Of a DNA stretch of 64,000 nt, positions 18,537-28,600 are shown piece by piece. The notes under the pieces are model-generated. The model saw only the letters and a list, made by a program, of their open reading frames with translations, was not told the DNA's origin and searched no databases. Location of the stretch: positions 4,918,600 through 4,982,599 of the forward strand of contig NZ_AP031498.1 in assembly GCF_042854845.1 (NCBI RefSeq). Direction: 5' to 3'. The number at the start of each line of letters is the position of its first letter. Positions within the stretch are counted from its first letter, which is position 1. This DNA is from Maricurvus nonylphenolicus (GTDB lineage Bacteria; Pseudomonadota; Gammaproteobacteria; Pseudomonadales; Cellvibrionaceae). Both the position numbers and the translations under genes were made by a program.

Positions 18537-20810
18537 TTAGAAGTAGAGATTAAACTCAGCCCTCACCAGGCGTGGCATGCCGCGGTTCATTTGCTGGCCG
18601 GCACCCAGCCCAATATCCTGGCGGTAGACGGCGTATTCTTCGTCGGTAAGATTATCCACCCCCAGAGCCAGATCCCACGCTTCACCGTCCGGAATAAAGG
18701 TCACCTTGGCGCTGGTCAAACCATAGTCTCCTTCAGCTTGTGTATTGGGAACATCAAAGTAAAAATCATCCTGCCAGTTATACATGGCAAACCAATTCAG
18801 AGTACCTGCGCCAATAGCCATCTCGTAGTTTGCACTGACAGAAAATGTGTTTTCCGGAGCATAGGTCAACACCTTGCCTTTCAGATCGACGGGATTACCC
18901 GATACATCTGTGGTTTCGCCCTCCTGGAAATCTGCATCCAGATAGGTGTAATTGGCCATCAAGGTAAGTCCCTGCACCGGCATATAGGTTAATTCCAGCT
19001 CCAGGCCTTGCGTTTCTGCCGCTGCGGCATTGGAAATAACGACGCTACCGAGACTCTCTTTTTGAATCTGCAGATCTTCATAATCGTTAAAGTAAGCAGA
19101 AGCATTGAACTGCATACGTCCATCCAACAGGGTAGACTTTAAGCCAAGCTCATAGGCGGTATTGGTTTCCGGCTCGAAACTGGCAACCGACGTCGCCAAG
19201 GTATTAGCGCCTGTCGGGTCGATGGCTGTGGCATTAAAGCCGCCGCCCTTGTAACCCTTGGAGACACTGGCAAACAACATAACGTCTTCACTCAATGCGT
19301 AATCAACGATAAGACGCGGCGTGACCTCACTCCATGTCTCGCTGCTGCAAACCTCACCGTTAGTCGGGGCCGGGATAAAACCAGCGTCTGTCTCAAGACT
19401 ATTGGTACACCAGTCTTTCTTATCCTGAGACCAACGCAGACCCGCGGTCACTGACCACTCCTCATTGATCATCCACTTCGCATCACCGTAAACACCAAGT
19501 GACCGAGTCTCTCCATCATAAGCACTATGATCACGGGCCATCACATCCGTACCAAAACCCGCCAGGTACGTGCCTGTGGTGTCCCGCAAGTAGACGGTGG
19601 TTTCAGAGCTGACATCTTCACTGAAATAGCTGGCACCAACAAACCAATCGAGACTGTCCGTGCTGCCATTTAAACGAAATTCCTGGGAGATACTTCTTTG
19701 CTTTGTCGGTGTCAAATCCAACTCAATGGTTACGCCACCGGTGCCAAGTGTATAAGGGAACATTGGATCAAATGCAGGGCCTCCAGCTGCTGCCGCTGCC
19801 ATAGCTTGGCCTGCCGCCAGAATGTAATCGACAGTGGCATCGGCAGTACCGCCGTCCAAATCCTGGTTATAGGTATTTGTAAAACTGCGGGTATCGGTAA
19901 TAGAAGTTAACGTCAGATCATCATTCAGATCCCAGGTTAGGCGTAAGTTAACACCGTCAGTTCGATTGGTTTCACGCTCTTTGGTATTCAGCGCAACCTT
20001 ATCCGGAAATTCTTCGCCAGGCTCCTCTGATGATAACGAAGGATTGTAGGCACCGTGCATATTGGTGTCGGCCTCGCTGTAGCTCAGCGTCAACAGCGCC
20101 TCCAGATCATCAGCGGGGGTCCACAGTGCCATAAGGCGAACACTGTCGTTATCACTGAAACCTTCTTCATCAACGGTGACATTGTCCCAGACACCCTCAA
20201 GCCGTGACCCATGGTAGGCCGCGCGCAGGGCAAGCTGTTCACTGACTTCCAAATTGGCCACAACATCGTATTCACGCTGGCCTTCATTACCCAGGCTCAC
20301 ACCGAGCTTATAGTTAGTGTCAAACTCAGGCTTATTGGAAACTATACTGATCGCCCCGACTGAGGCATTGCGGCCAAACAGTGTCCCTTGCGGGCCCTTG
20401 ACCACCTCGATGCGGTCGATATCAAAGAAGGCTCCGGTGGCCAAACCGTTGCGACCTATATAAGCATCGTCAAAAAATACGCCGACACTGGGCTCGGAAC
20501 CCACGCTCCAGTCATTGGTACTGATGCCGCGAATGGCCCAGGTATTGGTCGCAATGCCGTAGGTCGAACCCGTCAGGCCGGGAATCATAGGGATAATGTC
20601 GGTCAGGGTATCCACCCCGGTATTGGTCACCATGTCCTCATTAAACGCCGAAATAGCGACAGGTACTTCCTGGGCGCTCTCCGCACGCTTTTGGGCGGTA
20701 ACGACAATCTCTTCAATGCCGAAACTTTCAGCATTCGCAACAGGTGATAGAAGAACGGCAGCAGACACTGCAGCCACTTCACGGGCAAGCTGTTTCTTTG
20801 AAAACATCAC
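18537..20810 (-). CDS. TonB-dependent outer-membrane receptor
   Basis: Signal peptide, TonB-box-like EEIVVTAQKR, plug plus a 22-strand barrel length, and a C-terminal aromatic residue (…FNLYF). Confidence 0.85.
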   Translation of the reverse strand: MMFSKKQLAREVAAVSAAVLLSPVANAESFGIEEIVVTAQKRAESAQEVPVAISAFNEDMVTNTGVDTLTDIIPMIPGLTGSTYGIATNTWAIRGISTNDWSVGSEPSVGVFFDDAYIGRNGLATGAFFDIDRIEVVKGPQGTLFGRNASVGAISIVSNKPEFDTNYKLGVSLGNEGQREYDVVANLEVSEQLALRAAYHGSRLEGVWDNVTVDEEGFSDNDSVRLMALWTPADDLEALLTLSYSEADTNMHGAYNPSLSSEEPGEEFPDKVALNTKERETNRTDGVNLRLTWDLNDDLTLTSITDTRSFTNTYNQDLDGGTADATVDYILAAGQAMAAAAAGGPAFDPMFPYTLGTGGVTIELDLTPTKQRSISQEFRLNGSTDSLDWFVGASYFSEDVSSETTVYLRDTTGTYLAGFGTDVMARDHSAYDGETRSLGVYGDAKWMINEEWSVTAGLRWSQDKKDWCTNSLETDAGFIPAPTNGEVCSSETWSEVTPRLIVDYALSEDVMLFASVSKGYKGGGFNATAIDPTGANTLATSVASFEPETNTAYELGLKSTLLDGRMQFNASAYFNDYEDLQIQKESLGSVVISNAAAAETQGLELELTYMPVQGLTLMANYTYLDADFQEGETTDVSGNPVDLKGKVLTYAPENTFSVSANYEMAIGAGTLNWFAMYNWQDDFYFDVPNTQAEGDYGLTSAKVTFIPDGEAWDLALGVDNLTDEEYAVYRQDIGLGAGQQMNRGMPRLVRAEFNLYF

Positions 20811-21073
20811 TCTCTCCTCTATAGGGATCTATTGTTATAACGGGGCGCTCTCAAAGTACCGGTACGACATCAGTACCCATATCGCCCTCTCCTATAGCAT
20901 CACGAATTTTAGAGCGTTCGACATTAACCACTCTGGCCAGAGGATTAACATTATTGGCCACAGTAGATGCACACATGACCTCCATTAAAATTGGGAGTAA
21001 GGGATTGAAATCAGATTAAAAGAATTGGCCTGTCAGACAGATCTGCTAGACTGGCCAAAAACGAGGCCACACT

Positions 21074-22234
21074 ATGACAAGTACCATCGTATTACCCAAA
21101 GTAATGGAAGTCGGTGCCGGAGCCATTAATAAACTCGCAGATACCCTTCACAATCTGGGCTATACAACGCCCTGCATTATCACCGACCCCATGATGCAAC
21201 AACTGGGTTATGTTGATCGCATCAGTGGCCTTTTATCATCAGCAGGCATAGAAGCTGGTGTTTTCGCAGACTGTATTCCGGAGCCCACCGATAGCTCAAT
21301 TCGAGCGGCAGTAGAACTCGTTGTCGACGGTAATTTTGACAGCCTGATTGCACTGGGTGGAGGCAGCGCAATTGATAGCGCCAAGGCCATTGGGATTTTA
21401 GCGAAACACGGCGGCGATATGCGAGAATACAAGGTGCCCAATCAGGTAACCGCAGCCGGCATTCCCGTCATTGCCATTCCTACAACTGCCGGCACCGGCT
21501 CAGAAGCTACCCGGGCAACGATTATTACCGATGCCGCCAGCGATGAAAAAATGTTGTGCATGGGTATCGGCTTAATGCCTATTGCCGCCATCATTGATTA
21601 CGAACTCACCTTAAGTCTGCCTCCACGAGTGACAGCCGATACCGGCATAGATGCGTTGACCCATGCCATCGAAGCCTATGTCAGCCGAAAAGCCAATCCG
21701 TTTAGTGATCAGCAAGCGATAGCCGCGATTAAATTATTAGCCCCTAATCTGCGTACCGCATTTAACGAACCGGAGAATCGACCCGCACGAGAAGCCATGA
21801 TGCTAGGCGCCACATTGGCCGGCATTGCCTTTTCCAATGCCTCCGTTGCCTTGGTACACGGCATGAGTCGACCAATCGGCGCCCACTTCCATGTACCGCA
21901 TGGATTAAGCAATGCCATGCTGTTACCCGCCGTGACCGAGTACTCTATTCCCGGTGCTCCGGAACGTTATGCTGATTGTGCGCGTTTGATGGGAGTAGCC
22001 GATGTTCAAGATGATACTGAAACGGCCAACCGCAAGTTGTTAATCGAATTGCAGGCTTTGAATAAGGAGTTGCAGGTGCCAACCCTCAGCGAGTTCGGTG
22101 CAGACAAAGACAAATTCTTTACCAATCTCCAACTGATGGCAGAGCAGGCACTTGCGTCAGGCTCACCCGGTAATAACCCTCGGGTGCCCAGCGCTGAAGA
22201 TGTGATTGAGCTTTATACACAGGTGTGGGGCTAA
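21074..22234 (+). CDS. iron-containing (group III) alcohol dehydrogenase
   Basis: GGGSAIDSAKA motif and a His-rich metal site (HAIEAY, HGMSRPIGAHFHVPHG). Confidence 0.85.
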   Translation: MTSTIVLPKVMEVGAGAINKLADTLHNLGYTTPCIITDPMMQQLGYVDRISGLLSSAGIEAGVFADCIPEPTDSSIRAAVELVVDGNFDSLIALGGGSAIDSAKAIGILAKHGGDMREYKVPNQVTAAGIPVIAIPTTAGTGSEATRATIITDAASDEKMLCMGIGLMPIAAIIDYELTLSLPPRVTADTGIDALTHAIEAYVSRKANPFSDQQAIAAIKLLAPNLRTAFNEPENRPAREAMMLGATLAGIAFSNASVALVHGMSRPIGAHFHVPHGLSNAMLLPAVTEYSIPGAPERYADCARLMGVADVQDDTETANRKLLIELQALNKELQVPTLSEFGADKDKFFTNLQLMAEQALASGSPGNNPRVPSAEDVIELYTQVWG

Positions 22235-22351
22235 CGCCCCATAAACTCTAGCCGTAAATCCTGATCTACTGCTAGGTATGGCATTCCAGTTTTGAGTGTA
22301 GTATGAATCGTCGAAGCAACTGTGATGCTTTAGCTTTGCTTGCTCATTCCC

Positions 22352-22900
22352 TTAAATCTCAAGAATCCCATAAGACAAGCGATAACAGCCATTATCTCCA
22401 GCATCAAACTCTATTTCATTAGATTTAGAAATATTCAACGCATATGTAAGAGGGTTAATCTCCTCTCTAAAGTCACCTTTATAAACAGACACTGAAGAGT
22501 TTTGGTGAAAAGCAGCCAACCCGATTGGGTCATGGGGATCCAATAGAATAGGAGCATCTTCCTCATACACCATGAAGCAAAATGTAGCCTTATTAGAATC
22601 ACAAGTTAAAGGGATACTGAGGTTCATGCTGAAAACTTCACCTTCTTCGCTGAACTCATTACCAAGGTGAATAATCCCATCAATAACAATAGAGTCATTA
22701 TCCTCAAATAGCCAAAATCCTAGAATAACTACCTCATCCTTTGAAGCCTCATTCTTTCTAACACAAGAAAGGCTTTTTAATTGCAGACTAACATCTTTAC
22801 TCTCATGAACGGCCCTAGATGCCGAAGAGATAACAGGAGTAGAAATAAATTTTCTAGGATTTACCAACCACTTCTCTATTCGATTTTTCAACTCACTCAT
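22352..22900 (-). CDS. hypothetical protein, last gene of the 12-gene cluster
   Basis: 182-aa ORF in an AT-rich segment. Co-directional with the cluster, 49 bp from the upstream gene. No motif recognised. Confidence 0.45.
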   Translation of the reverse strand: MSELKNRIEKWLVNPRKFISTPVISSASRAVHESKDVSLQLKSLSCVRKNEASKDEVVILGFWLFEDNDSIVIDGIIHLGNEFSEEGEVFSMNLSIPLTCDSNKATFCFMVYEEDAPILLDPHDPIGLAAFHQNSSVSVYKGDFREEINPLTYALNISKSNEIEFDAGDNGCYRLSYGILEI

Positions 22901-22949
22901 TGATCACCCTTTAATCACACTAAAAATTCTGAATGGCACTCAATCCAGC

Positions 22950-23540
22950 CTAAAGATTGCTTAGCCCCTGCTTGAAGATATAGGTTTTGAAATCCAGATC
23001 AACACTGTATTCGGGAATATATTCTAGATAATGCTCTTCAAAGGCCAAGATCATTTCCTCTTGGCCATGACCTGTTGCCTCAAAAATGTATTTACGTCCT
23101 TCATGTTCATAGACTAGCCAGGCATGACCTTCCAAATGGTTTTCGTGATCAGATTCTAAATAGCCAACAACAAATTCTGCTTTTACTCCCAAAAGAGCCA
23201 TCTTTCTCCAAGCCCAGAGAGCCTGATCTTCGCAATCGCCCTTTCGGGTATGCTCAAGGGTTACGGGGTGCTGCCAAAAGTCTTCCTGATTAAATAAGTC
23301 ACGATCTAAAATATACTCACAACCACTTAACCAATGGCATATCTCTTCCAGAGAATTCACCGTGACGCTACTTTCACCTTCGAAGTACCAGTCCCAACTA
23401 TTGTCATTGCCGTTACCAAAACAGTTACGGCTTATATAGAGCTCCCTTCTATCCCAAGCGTGCTCCAGAATTAGAGCATCATCTGGATACTTTTCCTGTA
23501 AATAGGGGCGAGCCATTTCCTTTAAGACATTTATGACCAT
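22950..23540 (-). CDS. transglutaminase-like / papain-fold Cys-His-Asp domain protein (tentative)
   Basis: GDCEDQALWAWRKM (Cys), then ~35 aa, then GHAWLVYEHEGRKYIFEATG (His and acidic residue). This matches the transglutaminase-like core spacing. Confidence 0.45.
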   Translation of the reverse strand: MVINVLKEMARPYLQEKYPDDALILEHAWDRRELYISRNCFGNGNDNSWDWYFEGESSVTVNSLEEICHWLSGCEYILDRDLFNQEDFWQHPVTLEHTRKGDCEDQALWAWRKMALLGVKAEFVVGYLESDHENHLEGHAWLVYEHEGRKYIFEATGHGQEEMILAFEEHYLEYIPEYSVDLDFKTYIFKQGLSNL

Positions 23541-23549
23541 AACAAGAAG

Positions 23550-24461
23550 CTATTTAGCTCTGAAATTTTCGAATATTGTTTTCAACCATCTCAGATCCTC
23601 AGGCCCTAACTTTGCCTTCTGATGCTGAGAATCATCCTCATAAACGTCTTTATAAGCATGAAAAATTGCGGTCTCAGTTAATTCTCGCCATCTTTCATTA
23701 GGCAGCTCAGATATACTGCCATTCGCCAGATTAGGATCAGTTAATGGGTCATGCTCTCTTTCATTAGTACGTAGAGCAAGCTCTAGCTCTTGAAGAATAG
23801 GGTTCACAACACGCAAGGTATCAGAGCTCTCAAACTGCTTTGTAATATTGACTTCTGCTTGACGTACTTCTTTTTCTAGCTGAATTTTACTTATCTTTTC
23901 TCCAGCAGGCCTTAAACCATACTTGGTTAAGATTTCAGCAACACCAGGAAGTATTGCTTTAGCCGCTATACCTGCACCGACAACTGGATTAACAATAGCC
24001 GCAGCAGCTCCGACCAAAAGCATGCCATAGGTCAGTTTAGCATCTAAAGCATCGATATCATTAGCGAGAGACTCTAAAGTACTTGGGGTATTCTGATACT
24101 TATCCTCAACAACTTCTTTCGCGCTCTCCAACATATAATGCTTAAGAGCAATTTCCGCATGCTCATTAGCAAAGTGGAACACTCTTCTTTTTGGTAGATT
24201 ATTTATCTCTGGGACATCATCAGGAAGGCACCTCATTGTATGCAGGGCAAACTTATATTCTGAGAGTTCGTAGGGGATTATAAAATAGTGCTTTTCATCA
24301 TATTCTGTATCTTGGTATTTATCAGACTTTTCTAAAGAAACAAACACAGGCAAGCCATTTACTATCTCTTTAACAGATGAGATGTTGGCAGTAATTTCTT
24401 CAACAGCCCTATCGAACAGAGGACTTACTGCATCAATTCCTTTTTTCAAATAGTGTTTCAT
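23550..24461 (-). CDS. hypothetical protein with a central glycine-zipper membrane segment
   Basis: 303 aa. GMLLVGAAAAIVNPVVGAGIAAKAILPGVAEIL is flanked by charged soluble regions. Confidence 0.5.
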   Translation of the reverse strand: MKHYLKKGIDAVSPLFDRAVEEITANISSVKEIVNGLPVFVSLEKSDKYQDTEYDEKHYFIIPYELSEYKFALHTMRCLPDDVPEINNLPKRRVFHFANEHAEIALKHYMLESAKEVVEDKYQNTPSTLESLANDIDALDAKLTYGMLLVGAAAAIVNPVVGAGIAAKAILPGVAEILTKYGLRPAGEKISKIQLEKEVRQAEVNITKQFESSDTLRVVNPILQELELALRTNEREHDPLTDPNLANGSISELPNERWRELTETAIFHAYKDVYEDDSQHQKAKLGPEDLRWLKTIFENFRAK

Positions 24462-24466
24462 AACCG

Positions 24467-24751
24467 CTAGATATCAATCCCTATATCGCCATCACCTCCC
24501 TTTATAGCTCTACCTATCCCTCTGACACATAGGGCTATACATCGATATGGGAGATCAAAAATAAGCTCTAGCACATCGTACCAAGCACTATCGCCGTCTC
24601 GCTTTCGCGGCCAAAGTATATGGACTATGATAAATCCAAGAATGGCCGCGATAAGCAAGCCCCACGAAAATCCATTCGCTATCAAATCAAATACCAGGTA
24701 TCCGCTAATACATGAAATAAAAATCGCGATTACAGCCCTTACATCATCCAT
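24467..24751 (-). CDS. small two-TM membrane protein (DUF350/YjfL-like?)
   Basis: 94 aa with two hydrophobic helices. Lies 5 bp from the upstream gene. Confidence 0.4.
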   Translation of the reverse strand: MDDVRAVIAIFISCISGYLVFDLIANGFSWGLLIAAILGFIIVHILWPRKRDGDSAWYDVLELIFDLPYRCIALCVRGIGRAIKGGDGDIGIDI

Positions 24752-24773
24752 TACCAGTTCCTCATCAATTTAA

Positions 24774-25010
24774 TTAGCAGACAGTTTCCTCAATTTTCTT
24801 GAGAGTGGACTTCATTTCTTCGGTAAGCTCACTGGTTTTGATGCGTTTGATGATATTACGAAGTACTCGGGTTTCGTTGGCATCCACTACGCCATCACGT
24901 AACGCGATATCGAAGATTGCCTGCAACTCTGAAGCTTGTAATGTCCCATCATCAGCAAAGCAATTGATTGAGCGGAAGGTCATTTCCAAATAATCTCTAT
25001 TTTCACTCAT
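24774..25010 (-). CDS. small helical protein, TerB-like / DjlA-N-like (tentative)
   Basis: 78 aa. Pattern ...DGTLQASELQAIFDIALRDGVVDANETRVLRNIIKRI resembles a TerB-type helical bundle. Confidence 0.3.
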   Translation of the reverse strand: MSENRDYLEMTFRSINCFADDGTLQASELQAIFDIALRDGVVDANETRVLRNIIKRIKTSELTEEMKSTLKKIEETVC

Positions 25011-25059
25011 ATTCCCTATTCCTTGTGTAGTTTTTTAGTGATTATGTTTTCCTAACAGA

Positions 25060-25593
25060 TTAATTATTAAAATTCATCTGTAAAAACAGCCTGATTTGAT
25101 GTTTCTCTGGGTGCTGATCTAACCACTGCTTAAAGTCATCCACCTTACTGAAATCAGATTCTCCTAATAGCTCCTGAAAACGCTCTTTCTGCGTATTTTC
25201 CTGCTTTTTCAGACGAATATTACGCTGCCAGGCATCGGTAAATATCTTGGGTAAGCGATCATGTAAATCCAGCTGCTTTAGGAGCTGCCATTCGCCTTTA
25301 TCCAGCCAGGCCTCGTCGCAGCCAGTACACATATCAATGCGGTTGGCAGTATCGACGCCCACCTGAAAACGGCTCATAAACCTGGAACACTTGGGACAGG
25401 TTTTAGCCTGCTCACTATCCTCGATAACAATATCTTCAAAAATATTATCAACAACCGGATTCTGATCCTGCCAATAGCGATAGTTCATCAGCGGCAGCAT
25501 TACGCCTTCACACTTATTACATCCCGCCCCCAATAAACCTGCTTCGAGCTCCTTTGGCTCCAGTCGATATCCCTTACACTGTGGACAATCCAT
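25060..25593 (-). CDS. double zinc-ribbon protein (zf-TFIIB-like CxxC pairs)
   Basis: CPQCKG...CNKCEG and CPKCSRF...CTGCDEAW, two Cys4 ribbons. Confidence 0.55.
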   Translation of the reverse strand: MDCPQCKGYRLEPKELEAGLLGAGCNKCEGVMLPLMNYRYWQDQNPVVDNIFEDIVIEDSEQAKTCPKCSRFMSRFQVGVDTANRIDMCTGCDEAWLDKGEWQLLKQLDLHDRLPKIFTDAWQRNIRLKKQENTQKERFQELLGESDFSKVDDFKQWLDQHPEKHQIRLFLQMNFNN

Positions 25594-25610
25594 TGGTATT
25601 CCCTCAATGA

Positions 25611-28600
25611 TTAACTTGGTTTGGCGATAGAGGCTTCAAGTTCACGTAACTGATTAGATATATTTTTCATTTTATCGTGAGTCTTGAGATCAATTTCCAG
25701 CTTCTTATCCATACTACGCACCAGAGGGAAAATACTGTGCTCAATGGTTTCTGCCAGTACTGACAGCATTTTATCCATTCCCGGTACCGGCTGATTGACA
25801 ACCTTCACATCAGGCTTGGCAGACTCGACGGCGGAGATAAGCTTTTCTAACAGCTGCGGCAAAGCTTCTGCCTCAGACTCTGCTGGCTTCTCGTCATTCT
25901 CAGCTTGGAGCTTTTGAGTAGCAGCACTACCTAATACCTGAATACCATCAACCAAATCAGCCAATTGTGCGACCACTTTGCCACCGGTATCAGCATCATC
26001 ACCGCCCATGGCCTTGTTACGCATAAAATCCTTTTTAATTTGCTGCCAACGCTGTTCCTGCTCGGCATCCATATTGCCGCGTAATTCCGCCAGTTTTAAC
26101 AGGTTATCCTCGGCACCGGTGGTTAGCAGCTGGGCTTCACCCAAGTAGTGATCGGCAATCATCTGCATCAGCTCATCCTGATTCATAACCGCCGAGATTT
26201 TTTCCGTCATCTTGTTCATATTGCGGTAACTACCCTGCAATTTGAATGACGGCTCTGTACGGTATTTATCATCTTGCGCGGCAGAAGCGATATATTGCTG
26301 ATTAATTTTCAGTACAACATCGCGAATCACCATCATCTTTTTAAAAATTTCGGTAATTTCATTGATTTCAGCACCGCTGTACTGATGGGATAGATCAGTC
26401 GTGGCCACACTTGCACCACCCGCCATATCAATCAGCTTGTAAACATCTCCCATTTCACGCACCGCCAATGGGGCCAACACCTGATTAGACGTCAGCGCAT
26501 TTTCGATATAACTCAGGGCAAACTGTTCATCCATGCCACCCAAAATATCACCCAAGTTATAAATATCAGCCCGGTTGGCCAACATGTCAGGGATTTTGAA
26601 GGCTTCACCGGATTCGGTGTAGGGGTTACCCGCCATCACCACGCAGAACTTGCGACCACGCATATCATAGGTTTTGGTTTTCTCTTTCCAAACACCTTCA
26701 ATACGGCGGGTACCATCACAGAGTGAAATAAACTTCTGCAAGAACTCGGGATCGGTATGCTGGATATCATCCAGATACAGCATAACGTTATTACCCATCT
26801 CCAAAGCCAGATTGAGTTTTTCCAATTCCTGCCTGGCCGTAGCATTAGGCGCTTGCTGAGGATCAAGGGATACCACCTCATGACCCAATGAAGGACAGTT
26901 GATCTTCATAAAGATCAAGCCCAACCGGTTAGCCACATATTCCATCAAGGTGGTTTTACCGTAGCCAGGTGGCGAGATCATCATTAACAGGCCCATTAGG
27001 TCTGTTCGCTTGTTTTCACCTACCGTACCCATTTGCTTGGCGAGGTTGTCACCAATCAAAGGCAGGTAGGATTCGTTAATCAAACGGTTGCGGACAAATG
27101 AACTGAGCGGACGGGCTTTAAATTCATTTAGCCGCAAAGACTCTTTCTCTGAGGTAATGATATCCTGACGCACCTGCAGGTATTTGTGGTACGCGGGAAC
27201 AACCTCATAACGGTGATATTCCAGTCTCTGCAGGAATTCATCCAGCGCGAAATTCAGGGTGCGATCATTAATGGTTTCATGATCCCCCAACAACCCATCA
27301 ACACTCAGCTCCAGATCGACTTCGGTAAAACGCCGCTCCAGACGGGCATCGGCATTAATCAACGCCGTTGCCTCGGGAATATAACGACTAAGATGAGTCA
27401 GAGATTTTTCATCCACCAACGCCTGCAACCAGGCAGTCGTTAAATTCCAACGTTCAGCAGGCCAACCCAGCATTTTTTCCAGAGACATCAAGTAACGCCG
27501 CCAGGTTGAATCATCCACAGAACGCTTCAGCTCTTCTACCAGCTGAGTTGCATATTTACTGCCGATAAATTCGACACGCTCACGCCCTAATTCCGCCACC
27601 AGGTAATCTGCCGCCCGGCGAATATCCAATGGCTTAACAGGCAAGGGATGCAACTCAACAAAGTGCTGCATGGCCAAACGAATCTCCCCGGCCAGTAGCT
27701 CAACAGCATCATTGCTGGCAAAAAGGGATTGCATCTGTAATGCCGACTGCGCCCTTTCCGGCCAGGTTTCATAGGAAATCTTTGCTCGCTCGCCATTGTC
27801 ACTGGCAAGCTTGGCTGTAGCCTGTGCGATATTTTTAATATTGGCCCAATAAATCTGTGCCAGGCCACGACTTAGGGGATCGTATTGCAGCAAGTCTGCT
27901 CGATCAAAGGCCGGTACAAGTTCTCGCAACAACGCGACGGCATCAGCATCGTGGATACCCTTCTCATATCCTTCTTTATAACGTGGCGCCGCAAATTCTC
28001 GAACCAACTGATTGATACGTTTATCGTCACGCAGGGCGTCACGCAACATATCCATACTCAGCTCTTGGCGCTGATGTTGTGCGGCATCCAGAATGAGCGA
28101 TGCCAAATACTCTGATCGATAAACCTTCGGTGTTTCTGATTCGAGGGTGATATCCCAGTATTGCCTCAGCGCTAACAAATCCGGATGGGTAATAGGCTCA
28201 AAATAATTCGTACCGGTGAGGTGCACATTCAATGCACCGTCACGGGGAATAATGGTTAGATCCAATTCCTGAGTATTGACTGAGAATTTATGTCTTGGCC
28301 CCAACTTAATGATATTGCCTCCATCTTCATAGATGTCGGATTTATCCCGCAAACTACGCAAGGCTTGCTCTTTAATCGCTTTATAGCGGGATTCAATATC
28401 ATCAGCTTTGACGGCACTGTCGAGTTCGCGCAGCTGCTCGACCAGCTCGCGGATTTTCATTGCTAGAGCGTCGGAGGCGAAGTAAGTGTTAAGCTCATCA
28501 GCCTCGGTAAATTTCAACGAGCGCTTTTCAATACTCCCCAAAATTCGTCCCGCCGCATCCGCCACGTTCTGGGCTTTTCGCTGGCGTTCATCTAGCAGCT

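Noticed and set aside
22250-25600. AT-rich segment as a prophage or IS insertion
   Set aside because: No integrase, transposase, tRNA attachment site or flanking direct repeats. The genes are in operon continuity with the upstream cluster.
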